This document shows, in pieces, positions 51,908 to 61,069 of a DNA stretch of 64,000 nt. Each line of letters starts with the position of its first letter. The first letter of the stretch is position 1. The notes below the pieces were generated by a model. It saw nothing but the letters and a program-made list of their open reading frames with translations, searched no databases and was not told where the DNA came from. The translations under genes were made by a program, and so were the position numbers. This DNA is from Thermotogota bacterium (GTDB taxonomy: Bacteria; Hydrothermota; Hydrothermia; LBFQ01): assembly GCA_013154295.1 (NCBI GenBank), contig JAADCS010000139.1, positions 7,107 to 71,106 of the forward strand. The letters are read 5' to 3'.

Positions 51908-51966
51908 TACGATGCATTTTAAGGTCGTACGGTTTTCTGGTGTATCGCATCCTTAGAATTCACCTT

Positions 51967-53544
51967 TTGAAAAGACTATTTCTACCTCTCATCGCATCCG
52001 TTTTGATACCTATAATCGTCCTGGTGGGTTATGTGCAGAGAGTGTTTGACCGGAGCTTACGTGGGAAAGACGTAGAAAATTACACCCGAAAGATCTCTCT
52101 GGGGACCGTTAGGGGAATGCTTTTAGATCGTAAGGGCCGCCCACTTTCCACCTCGGAAGTTCGCTGGAAGCTTATACAGTTTAACTTGGGTCGTGATGTG
52201 GAGGAGGCTGATAAAAGGAACCTTCAAAAACTTTTCGGAAGTAGAGTCAAGTTCAAAAAATACAAGTATTTGGGTTATTCGGAGATAAAAGGACTGACAG
52301 AGGATCAGGTCTATAAGGTTATGAAACTTAGACCGTTTTTCAGGAGTTTAGAGGTGGTACCATCAGTACGGCGAAGACTGGTATGTAAGGAGTGTTTCCA
52401 CGTAGCAGGAAAGGCCACATCCGATGGTAAAGGTATATTTGCTCTCGAGAAGCTCTATGACCTCCATTTGAGTGGAGAGCTGGGCTACGTTCGCTTAAAC
52501 GTGGATGCTCACGGTAATCTTATAGATGAGCCTAAGGTGATAGTATTCCAAAACCCAAAAGATGTGCGCACGTTCCTGGATATAGACCTATACAGACTGG
52601 CCGATTCTCTCATGAGACCTTACCGAAAGGGAGCCATCTTCGCCTTCAATCCCAAAAACGGTCAAGTCTATCTATCGTATTCCAAACCCAACCCGTATGA
52701 TACCTCCGCATCTAAATCGGATGCTCCGATGCTCAACAGGGCTGTCGCAGGTCTCTATCCACCCGGCTCTACCTTTAAACCTCTTGTGGCACTCCTTGCT
52801 CTCAAGTACGGTGTTATAGACACACTCTTCGGTGTTGGATGTAGAGGTAAAGTATGGCTAGGAAATAGGGCGTTTAGATGTTGGTCTGTTCATGGTTACA
52901 CTCGACTGAAAAAAGCGATAAGTCTATCTTGTAACGTTTTCTTTTACAACGTAGGTGCCAGATTCGGCCCCAAAAAATTCATAAAAGCGGTTTGGGAGAC
53001 GGGATTATTTGGACGCAAACTCACTCCTCTACCGGAGGAAGTGTCTTCTCGCTTTCCGAAGAAGGCGCGATATTACGGATCGGTTCTGAACTACGCCATA
53101 GGGCAGGGAGAGATACTAACTACGCCTGTTTTCTTGGCTGTGGAGGCCGGACTCATAGGAAACGGTGGATGGGTGACGCTTCCAAGGTTCTCCTCCTTTG
53201 ACCGCGCCGAGACCCTACGGATAGAGGCCCCAGATTGGGTCTACAGATACGTTAAGGAGGGAATGAAGGGGGTGGTGGAAAATGGAACCGCTGCCTCGTG
53301 CCGAATACCCAACTTCCCCTACGGCGGAAAAACCGGAACAGCCCAAAATCCCCATGGTGAGGATCATTCTTTGTTTATAGCCTTCGCTCCCTACGACGAT
53401 CCTACGTTGGCTGTGGCCGTGGTTGTAGAAAACGCAGGACACGGAAGTTCAGCCGCCGCCCCCATCGCGGCAATGATAATAAGTCGTTGGTTCTCCACCG
53501 AAAAACCGCTGTACTACCTGTGGAAGAGTGGGGCATCTTTATAA
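51967..53544 (+). CDS. mrdA: Class B penicillin-binding protein (PBP2/MrdA-like)
   Basis: RGMLLDRKG, YPPGSTFK (SxxK), SCN, KTGTAQ; TTG start 7 nt after TAGAAT. Confidence 0.85.
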   Translation: MKRLFLPLIASVLIPIIVLVGYVQRVFDRSLRGKDVENYTRKISLGTVRGMLLDRKGRPLSTSEVRWKLIQFNLGRDVEEADKRNLQKLFGSRVKFKKYKYLGYSEIKGLTEDQVYKVMKLRPFFRSLEVVPSVRRRLVCKECFHVAGKATSDGKGIFALEKLYDLHLSGELGYVRLNVDAHGNLIDEPKVIVFQNPKDVRTFLDIDLYRLADSLMRPYRKGAIFAFNPKNGQVYLSYSKPNPYDTSASKSDAPMLNRAVAGLYPPGSTFKPLVALLALKYGVIDTLFGVGCRGKVWLGNRAFRCWSVHGYTRLKKAISLSCNVFFYNVGARFGPKKFIKAVWETGLFGRKLTPLPEEVSSRFPKKARYYGSVLNYAIGQGEILTTPVFLAVEAGLIGNGGWVTLPRFSSFDRAETLRIEAPDWVYRYVKEGMKGVVENGTAASCRIPNFPYGGKTGTAQNPHGEDHSLFIAFAPYDDPTLAVAVVVENAGHGSSAAAPIAAMIISRWFSTEKPLYYLWKSGASL

Positions 53545-53825
53545 TATAATATCCGTGACAGGGGTAGGAAGGTGTGTAGAAACGTTTGGGTTATAGTAGT
53601 ACCATCGTGGGATGTTTATTGCACAATTTTTCCAATATTTTTATTGCCAAAGAATCCGATCTTCAGCTGCATCAATGGGGTAGCATATATTATTTGATCG
53701 TTCGCAAAACGTTTATTTTATGATAATTAGAAGTGAAACATATTCGAGGCGATAAACTGATTCGCTCTTAGTTGGTATAAACAAAAGCCTGCAGCGCTCA
53801 TAAACCTGCCCTATAATTCCACGTT

Positions 53826-54683
53826 ATGTTCCCCCGAATACAGGAAAACGTACCCCTTGCTCCTTACACTACCTTCCGTTTAGGAGGACCCGCTCGGTAC
53901 TTTCTGGATGCGCACAGTGTTGAAGACGTTGTAGAAGGCATAAACTTCGCTCGTGCCAAGGAGGTTCCTATCTTGCCTTTGGGAGCCGGATCCGACATCC
54001 TGATAGGTGACAGAGGATTTAACGGCCTGGTTATCCGTCTGGTGGCTCTTAGGGGGATGAACGTGGAGAGAAACCAGGTCCTCCTGAAGACAGGAGAGGC
54101 CCTTCCAAAGGTAGCCCGCATCCTGGCCGATAGAGGGCTAAGTGGGTTTGAATATCTGGCAGGAATTCCAGGAACGATAGGTGGAGGGGTGGCGAAGAAC
54201 GCCGGTGCCCATGGTAAGGAAATAGGGGATATGTTGGTGGAAGCCTACGTTGTGGGGGAGGATGGATATATCAGAACTCTGCCCAAGGAGGAGCTGAACT
54301 TGGATTACAGAACCTCCGCCCTACCAGAGCTTGGGATACTCTTAGAGGCCAAGTTTAGACTATCAGAAGACGACCCCCACCTCATTCGAGGGAGGATGGA
54401 AAGGTTTCTGGCTTATAGGGAAGAACACCAACCATGGAGAGAGAGGACAGCCGGATGCATGTTTAAAAACCCACCGGGTCATTACGCCGGTAAGCTTATA
54501 GAGGAGGCGGGCCTGAAGGGATTCAGGATAGGTGGAGTAAAAGTTTCGGAGAAACATGCCAACTTCTTCGTAAACGAAGGGGGTACGGCTGACGATGCCG
54601 TACGTCTCATAGAGTACGTGAGAGATCGCGTATATAAGGTTTTTGGTATAGAACTGGAGGTAGAAATTGAAATTCTCAAATAG
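53826..54683 (+). CDS. murB: UDP-N-acetylenolpyruvoylglucosamine reductase
   Basis: TTFRLGGPA, GIPGTIGG, FKNP, SEKHANF, LEVEI. Confidence 0.95.
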   Translation: MFPRIQENVPLAPYTTFRLGGPARYFLDAHSVEDVVEGINFARAKEVPILPLGAGSDILIGDRGFNGLVIRLVALRGMNVERNQVLLKTGEALPKVARILADRGLSGFEYLAGIPGTIGGGVAKNAGAHGKEIGDMLVEAYVVGEDGYIRTLPKEELNLDYRTSALPELGILLEAKFRLSEDDPHLIRGRMERFLAYREEHQPWRERTAGCMFKNPPGHYAGKLIEEAGLKGFRIGGVKVSEKHANFFVNEGGTADDAVRLIEYVRDRVYKVFGIELEVEIEILK

Positions 54684-55902
54684 GGCAGGCTCCGGTATCC
54701 TGGTTATAGATATGGGTGCCTTCAAAACGAAGGCCACGATGGTGGGACCGGATTGGATACAGAACGTGGCAGAAGTGCCCACCGAGGGTTTCAGGGGTTA
54801 CATATCCGATTTGGATGCAGCTGTGGGGACCTTACGAAAGGTAGTATCCGAAGTTTTCAAGACCGTACCTTTGGAGAACGTAGAGGAGATAGGAACCATT
54901 CTCACCATCCATATAAGTGGAGAAGCCACTTTTCGGACCGCCACCCACGAGATTTCCATTCCTCCCGCATCCGACGAGGGGAAGGTTAACGAGGAACAGA
55001 TAAGGAAACTGCACGATGAACTTCGTGATAAGCTAACCGCCGGCAAACGAGTTCCCCTTTTCTTCTCCATATCCCGTTACAGTGTGATTCAAGGCGGAAG
55101 CGAGAGAGATGTAGAAAATCCAAGGGGCCTTAGGGTGGAAAGGTTGAAAGGCATGGCCGTAGCAATTACCGTTCCCAGCGATATGTATGACAACCTCTAC
55201 GATATGTTTCATGAGTATAACGCCACCGCTGATGTACCTCTGCTTCCCCTTGGAATCTACAGTTCTCCCATATACGCTGCCTTGGGTGTGGAGGGGGTGG
55301 ACGTAGACACCCATATCCATTTGGATCTGGGATACACCTCCTTCCGTATAATACGACTGGAGAACGGTAGAGTGCATGATTTTTACGAGTTCCCGGAGGG
55401 CGGGAAGAGTCTCATTCAAAAGATAAGTTCAACCTTGAGTATAACCTTCAAGGAAGGAAGGAGAGTTCTGGAAACCTACTTGGAAACCGGGGATAGGACA
55501 GTTCAAGCTTCCGGAAAGCTAATAGAAACCGCCATCATAGAAGAGATAATGCGCGCCTCGTTCCGTAAATTTTTAAACCATACTCAAGTCAAAAGGGTGG
55601 TAAACGGAGGTTCTGACAGACCTTTCACTTTGAGCGTGTCCGGAGGTTTTGCTCTATTTAAACGAATACACAACTACATATCTGACGCCGGTTTTCCTGA
55701 GCCGTTGGACATAGAAGGTACCGCACCCAACTTTCTGGTATTCAACGGTATAAGACGCGAGGTTGCAAAACTTTTGAGAAAGGGCACTCCTTCCCGTCGG
55801 AGGAATGGATGGGCGAAGGGAGGAATACTCTCAAAGCTAAAAGATAAAGTCGTCTCGTTTGTAAAGAAAGAGATAGCAGGTCTTGAAGAAAAGGAGGAGT
55901 AA
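54667..55902 (+). CDS. ftsA: Divergent cell-division protein FtsA
   Basis: IDMGAFKTK phosphate-1 motif, VENPRGL (1C domain), LDLGYTS, GG motif, C-terminal amphipathic helix ILSKLKDKVVSFVKKEI; directly upstream of ftsZ. Confidence 0.7.
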   Translation: MKFSNRAGSGILVIDMGAFKTKATMVGPDWIQNVAEVPTEGFRGYISDLDAAVGTLRKVVSEVFKTVPLENVEEIGTILTIHISGEATFRTATHEISIPPASDEGKVNEEQIRKLHDELRDKLTAGKRVPLFFSISRYSVIQGGSERDVENPRGLRVERLKGMAVAITVPSDMYDNLYDMFHEYNATADVPLLPLGIYSSPIYAALGVEGVDVDTHIHLDLGYTSFRIIRLENGRVHDFYEFPEGGKSLIQKISSTLSITFKEGRRVLETYLETGDRTVQASGKLIETAIIEEIMRASFRKFLNHTQVKRVVNGGSDRPFTLSVSGGFALFKRIHNYISDAGFPEPLDIEGTAPNFLVFNGIRREVAKLLRKGTPSRRRNGWAKGGILSKLKDKVVSFVKKEIAGLEEKEE

Positions 55903-55903
55903 G

Positions 55904-57010
55904 ATGTACATGGAGGAAATACAACAAAGCACGCAGATCCTGCTGGTAGGGATAGGAGGAGCAGGGTGTAATATTGTGGATCAGGTTCAGGCTGAACATC
56001 TGAAGAACTATCCTTATACGGTAGATGTATACGCTATAAACACCGACCGACAGAACCTGGCCAATCTGCGCCTGGATAACACTATACAGTTAGGGAGAAA
56101 GGGGCGAGGGGCCGGTTCGGACCCCAAGAAAGGGCGAAGGATGGCAGAAGAGGCCATACGTGTGGGGAAGCTAAATATGATAAAACATAGTGATGAGCGT
56201 GAGTATGACCTCATTATCGTCGTGGCAGGCCTTGGAGGAGGGACTGGTACGGGTTCCGGTCCGGTTATAGTTGAACACCTAAGGGATATGTTTCCCGAAG
56301 CTATAGTCATGGGTATACTGATATATCCGGAGGACGTGGAATCCGGAGTTAAGACGGAGATAGCACGGGCAGGTTTGGTGGAGTATTATCGCCTACTGGA
56401 TTCGGTGGTGGTTATAAATAACGGAAGTATCGTGGATCCCAGTATGCCTATAGCCCAAGCCTATAAGCTAGCGGACGAGTACGTGGCCAACACCATCATG
56501 ACGGTTTTGGAGATCAGCGAAGATTACGGTAAGCCGAACTTGGATTTCAACGACATCCAAAAAGCCTTGGAACCTCCTGCCAGGGGCGAGGATTTCAACC
56601 TCTCGAAGTTTGCCTTCATATCTACCTTTGATATACCTACGGCCCAGGAGATAAACCGGTTACCGGAGAGAATAGAGGAGAAGAAACGGCATCTATCCAT
56701 AAACAGTTTGAGTGGGGCCCGAACTTTGCTCGTGGGTTTCTTCCATAACGGTAAAACCCTAACCTGGGAAAAGGAATCCGCCGTGGTAGATTATCTGAAG
56801 AAGGAAATCATAATGGCCGGTAGATCCCCCTACGTTAAGATGGGCGACTTTATCCAGGGGAAGGACAACATGATGGACAGGGTCAAAATATCGGTGATAA
56901 TATCGGGTGTAAAACCGGACTCCTACATAATAACGGCCCTTAGAGAGGCACGGGCGGAGAAGGAGCTGGAGGAGCTTCTAAGGGGCTTCAGCGATGAAGG
57001 AGACCTTTAA
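55904..57010 (+). CDS. ftsZ: Divergent cell-division GTPase FtsZ
   Basis: GIGGAGCN, AINTD, GAGSDP, GLGGGTGTG signature, NLDFND T7 loop; SD AAGGAGG. Confidence 0.85.
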   Translation: MYMEEIQQSTQILLVGIGGAGCNIVDQVQAEHLKNYPYTVDVYAINTDRQNLANLRLDNTIQLGRKGRGAGSDPKKGRRMAEEAIRVGKLNMIKHSDEREYDLIIVVAGLGGGTGTGSGPVIVEHLRDMFPEAIVMGILIYPEDVESGVKTEIARAGLVEYYRLLDSVVVINNGSIVDPSMPIAQAYKLADEYVANTIMTVLEISEDYGKPNLDFNDIQKALEPPARGEDFNLSKFAFISTFDIPTAQEINRLPERIEEKKRHLSINSLSGARTLLVGFFHNGKTLTWEKESAVVDYLKKEIIMAGRSPYVKMGDFIQGKDNMMDRVKISVIISGVKPDSYIITALREARAEKELEELLRGFSDEGDL

Positions 57011-57821
57011 GGCTCTCTTTGCCGCTTCCTATCGGAGCGTTTTTACCATCCTGGGTATAACTCTCTCCGTCCTTATGGTTATGATAACGGCCAATGCTGC
57101 CTATCTCTCTTACGTGACCTATAGCCGGATACGAGCCGATATTCGTCTCGAGGTGTTTCCCAAGGGGAAGCCACAGGATGTAGCGAATTTCCTAAAGCTT
57201 TTAGGAGGCGTTAAGAGCGCTGAAATTCTTACAGAGGATAAGGCCAAGGAAGAGTTTCTGAAGCATTATCCCCAAGTAAAAGATCTTTTGGAACGGTTAG
57301 GAGACGATGTATTCTATCCTATAATCCGCGTCTATCCGAAAGAACACTGGAAAGACATAACCTTCTTGGATCTGCTCGGAGGCGAGATTGAGGCGTACGC
57401 TGGAGTTTCCGGTGTCTACTATGGTAGGGAATGGTTGGAGGCGGCCCAAACTTTCTTCAATTTCCTCCTCGGTGCCAATGTGGTGGTTTTGGGTGTAGCC
57501 TTCTTGATAACTCTTCTCGTGTCCTTCTACACGGTTAGATTTGTGGTGCATCATCGCCGTAACATGATAGAGATACTACGTCTTGCCGGGGTGTCTCCCT
57601 TAGGTCTCCGTTACCCGTACATTCTCCTTTCACTTATATACACCGTGGTCTCGTGGGCTTTGGTTTTAACCATCGGCCTGGCTATATTGACTCGCTATTC
57701 CCCTACACCGGATGCCCTTCGCTTCAACCTCGTTCTGTCATCACTTCTTTTTGTTATAACCCTCATCACCACCGTTTTTGGTAGTTTCCGAGCTTTGGCT
57801 GATATAGAGAGGGGGCTTTAA
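56994..57821 (+). CDS. ftsX: FtsX-like permease
   Basis: TM + periplasmic domain + 3 TM; RRNMIEILRLAG...LRYPY. Confidence 0.75.
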   Translation: MKETFKALFAASYRSVFTILGITLSVLMVMITANAAYLSYVTYSRIRADIRLEVFPKGKPQDVANFLKLLGGVKSAEILTEDKAKEEFLKHYPQVKDLLERLGDDVFYPIIRVYPKEHWKDITFLDLLGGEIEAYAGVSGVYYGREWLEAAQTFFNFLLGANVVVLGVAFLITLLVSFYTVRFVVHHRRNMIEILRLAGVSPLGLRYPYILLSLIYTVVSWALVLTIGLAILTRYSPTPDALRFNLVLSSLLFVITLITTVFGSFRALADIERGL

Positions 57822-57867
57822 ATTTGCCACACGGGCCGTTTTTCTCCCTTAAAATGAAAAACTTTCC

Positions 57868-58776
57868 ATGGGTGTTATAGTGATCCACGGTGGAGCGGGG
57901 CGGTGGGGGAGCCAACGCAGGAAGTTGGCCAAGGAAGTTTTAAGGAAGGCTGCGGAAGTGGGGTTCAAGGTACTCCAGAGGGAAGGTCCCCTCAAGGCCG
58001 TTGAGGAAAGTGTTAGGGTGTTGGAAGATTCACCCCACTTCAATGCAGGGAAAGGGAGCGTGTTAAGTTTGGATGGGAGGGTGGAAATGGATGCGTGTAT
58101 CGTGCGAGATAGACCAAGGCTTATAGGTGCCGTTATCGGTGTCTCCAGGGTGAAGAATCCCATAACCTTAGCACGCCTCATAGCGGAGAAGACGTCCCAT
58201 CACATCATGTATGGGGAAGGAGCTGAAAGTCTCGCTAGAATCTTCAACTTACCGGAGGATGATCCAGTTACCGATAGAGCCAGGGAGAAGTTAAAGAAGG
58301 TACGGGCCTTAATAGAATCCGTAGAGGATCTGCCGTTCTATGCCAAAAAGACAGCTGAACTGCTTCGGCGTTATCCGGAGCTTTTTATAGGTACTGTGGG
58401 GGCCGTTGCAACCGACGGTAAGAGAGTGGCGGCCGGTACCTCTACCGGAGGATCATCCATAAAACTGCCCGGTAGGGTGGGGGATACACCGATACCTGGA
58501 GCAGGAACGTGGGCCGAAGATGGATGTGGAGCATCGGCGACGGGTGTCGGCGAGGGTATAATTCAAACACTGATGACTAAAACGTTGTGTGTACTATACT
58601 TTCAAGGTGTGCCTCTTCAAGAGGCAGCCGAAAGGGTAATATCTCTAACGGGCTACCCGGTGGGTGTTATAGCCCTGAACGTTAGGGGAGAGGTGGCTTT
58701 TGCTCATAACACCCCCGATATGCCTGTTGCTGTTATCCGCGGTAACAAAAAGGAGGTAGAGCTATATGGAATATAG
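57868..58776 (+). CDS. Isoaspartyl peptidase / L-asparaginase (Ntn hydrolase)
   Basis: IHGGAG, LEDSPHFNAGKGS, GTVGAVA, TSTGG, GRVGDTP. Confidence 0.92.
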   Translation: MGVIVIHGGAGRWGSQRRKLAKEVLRKAAEVGFKVLQREGPLKAVEESVRVLEDSPHFNAGKGSVLSLDGRVEMDACIVRDRPRLIGAVIGVSRVKNPITLARLIAEKTSHHIMYGEGAESLARIFNLPEDDPVTDRAREKLKKVRALIESVEDLPFYAKKTAELLRRYPELFIGTVGAVATDGKRVAAGTSTGGSSIKLPGRVGDTPIPGAGTWAEDGCGASATGVGEGIIQTLMTKTLCVLYFQGVPLQEAAERVISLTGYPVGVIALNVRGEVAFAHNTPDMPVAVIRGNKKEVELYGI

Positions 58777-59188
58777 GGTAAAGATACTCGTGTTAGACGA
58801 AAGGGTGTATAAAGGTAAGCAACGCCTATACGTAAGCGTTGCTGATGGTCTGGGTATCATAAAGATAATTGGACGGAACCTTTCCATGCTGGGTACCTAT
58901 AGCGTCCAGATCCGTAAAGGTAGAAATCTGTACTATCTGGTGGAGGCTGAACCTCTTCAGGATTACTCCTACATTTTACGTAACCCCATAGTTGTGGAGA
59001 GCTATTCACGTATCTACAAGATCCTCTACGAGACGTGGCCCCAAAATGGGGATCTTTACACCAAGATGTTGAGAGTGGTTGAAAGATTGGATCGGGAACC
59101 TCAAACTACCTATACCCTCCTACAGGATATTCTGAACGGCAAGGACGAAACCGACACCGAGGAGTTACTATCCGTACTAACTTCCTAA
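58766..59188 (+). CDS. Short RecO N-terminal-like protein
   Basis: Pattern resembling the RecO OB fold (ILVLDERVYKGKQRLY...GLGIIKIIGR...RKGRNLYYLVEAEPLQDY) followed by helices; SD AAGGAGG. Confidence 0.45.
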   Translation: MEYRVKILVLDERVYKGKQRLYVSVADGLGIIKIIGRNLSMLGTYSVQIRKGRNLYYLVEAEPLQDYSYILRNPIVVESYSRIYKILYETWPQNGDLYTKMLRVVERLDREPQTTYTLLQDILNGKDETDTEELLSVLTS

Positions 59189-59189
59189 T

Positions 59190-59570
59190 ATGGATCGTAT
59201 TCTTAGAGTCGTGAAGGTTGACCCCCACGAAGATGAAGGGGTTCTTTTACTTTTCGTGGAGAGGAGTGGATTGGATCTCCCGTTGGAAAAGTCACCTGAG
59301 ATCACTTTGGATGTCGCCTATGGTGAAGAGGATGAGGTTCCCTATATACTTATGAACTTCAAGTTGGAGAACCTGGAGGTATTCGCAAGGATACCTTACG
59401 GCGAGTCATGGGATCTCCTAACCGAAGGAGATAAGTTGGTGCTGGTGTTTCAGGGGAAGGGTGATCCCCAAAGTTGGCCGATGCTGGTTATAGGTATAAA
59501 CGACTTTATAAGGGGGGTTGTCTTCGGAGCTAAAAGGCTCTGGGAGGAGTTCTCCCAAACGTACGATTAA
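59190..59570 (+). CDS. Hypothetical acidic protein
   Basis: 126-aa ORF starting 1 nt after the upstream stop. Confidence 0.6.
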   Translation: MDRILRVVKVDPHEDEGVLLLFVERSGLDLPLEKSPEITLDVAYGEEDEVPYILMNFKLENLEVFARIPYGESWDLLTEGDKLVLVFQGKGDPQSWPMLVIGINDFIRGVVFGAKRLWEEFSQTYD

Positions 59571-59601
59571 GGAGCGCCCTCTTCCCTCGCTACAGGTGCG
59601 A

Positions 59602-60765
59602 TTATACGAATTCCGGTTCCACTTGAACGGTCTGTTTTAGGTAATCATAGGCTTTTCGAATTAAGTACTTGTTCGCTAGCTCTTCGTATTTACCCCGCTT
59701 CTTTGCCTCTTTTAGGAACTGTTCTGGGTTTTCTTCGCTTTCCTCCTTTAGGTACTTAATTATATCTTCCTCCGTTATCTCTATATCTTTCTCGTCTATG
59801 AGTCGTAGAATTACGAGATCGCGAAGGACCAGAAAGGCTGCCATCTGAAGAAGCTCCTCATCCACTTCGGAGGGGTCTTTCCCCATGTCGGCAGCCAGAT
59901 CTTGGTACACTTTAAAAACCAAACTGGGAGGTGGTTCAAAAGGAGCAAGACGTAAGATCTCACGGATTATGGCTTCCTCCAGAAAGAGTTCCGCTTCTTT
60001 CTGCGCATCCTCTACCAGTTCCTGACGTATCCTTTCACGCAGTTGGTCGGGGGGATAGCCGAGAAGTTCGGCCAGCTCTTCATCCGATGGGTACTCCATC
60101 TCAAGGACTTTCTTTATCTCATACACCTCTTCTTCACCTTCCTCTTCTCCAGGTAAGATTATCTGATCACCCGCCTTTTTACCTAAAATAGCATTATACA
60201 GTTCTTCATCTAACTCGCTGGCCTTCACAAATATGCGGGCCCTCCTCCTTTTGCTCTCCTTTCCATCCTTGCGGATGAAAAACTCAGCTAAAACCACATC
60301 TCCCTCGCGCACCTCCCGATCAACGCTCTTGAGTGTGGCATTCTCCTCTTTTAGATGCTGTATCTCCTCCTCAACGTCCGCGTCGGTTATTTTTCTGATA
60401 CGTTTTTTGACCTTTATCTGGGTAAGATCCGGTATCTCTATCTTCGGATACACCTCAAACCTTAAGGTGTACTCGTACGCATCATCCATTTCACTTTTGG
60501 CTACGATCTCGGGAGTACCTATGATGATCCAATCTCTTTCTCCGGCCAGCTCTCTTATCTTGTCGTCTAGGGCTTTCTCAATCGCTCTGCTTTCTATGTA
60601 CTCACCGTAGTGTTTCTTCACAAGCGATATGGGGGCTTTACCTGGACGAAAGCCGGGAATTTTTACCCTGCTCGCTATCTCGCGGGCAACCTTATCTTCG
60701 TACTTTTTGATCTCCTCCTTCGATATGATGATCTTCTCCTCTCTAACTGACTTTCTCTCTTCCAT
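59602..60765 (-). CDS. tig: Trigger factor
   Basis: KIPGFRPGKAP ribosome-binding motif, FEVYPKI, degenerate FKBP domain. Confidence 0.9.
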   Translation of the reverse strand: MEERKSVREEKIIISKEEIKKYEDKVAREIASRVKIPGFRPGKAPISLVKKHYGEYIESRAIEKALDDKIRELAGERDWIIIGTPEIVAKSEMDDAYEYTLRFEVYPKIEIPDLTQIKVKKRIRKITDADVEEEIQHLKEENATLKSVDREVREGDVVLAEFFIRKDGKESKRRRARIFVKASELDEELYNAILGKKAGDQIILPGEEEGEEEVYEIKKVLEMEYPSDEELAELLGYPPDQLRERIRQELVEDAQKEAELFLEEAIIREILRLAPFEPPPSLVFKVYQDLAADMGKDPSEVDEELLQMAAFLVLRDLVILRLIDEKDIEITEEDIIKYLKEESEENPEQFLKEAKKRGKYEELANKYLIRKAYDYLKQTVQVEPEFV

Positions 60766-60908
60766 AACCGCCTATTTTACTGGAGATTAATACCTTAGAT
60801 GCTTGGAATTGGTAGCTGCACCACGGGAACATTTGAGGAAAGGTTTAGTTTACCTTCGGTAGCATATACGAACGATCTAAAGAGGTGCTGCTTTGACAGG
60901 GTAAATGG

Positions 60909-60948
60909 TGGTTTCACTTGGAGGCTATTTACCCTCACAGTGAAACCA
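60909..60948 (+). repeat. 40-bp 16-8-16 palindromic element, copy C
   Basis: TGGTTTCACTTGGAGG-CTATTTAC-CCTCACAGTGAAACCA. Confidence 0.9.
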
Positions 60949-61069
60949 TTACATGCTACTGCTAATACCTATCCTTCCGGTAAAAAAGTGTGGGCTGGTA
61001 CCACTATGAAGCTGCTTGACCGCAAAGTGATACCGACCTGATGCTCTGGGGAATTGGGACACAAGACAA

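Noticed and set aside
51844..51966. Longest-ORF N-terminal extensions (mrdA, 21186-22265, 28060-28689, 49444-50055, 6015, 43653)
   Set aside because: They overlap neighbouring genes or promoters; downstream starts with a TANAAT box at 6-9 nt fit better.
19869..60948. CRISPR array interpretation of the GTTTCAC...GTGAAAC repeats
   Set aside because: Copies are single and 14-27 kb apart, with no repeat-spacer periodicity and no cas genes in the window.
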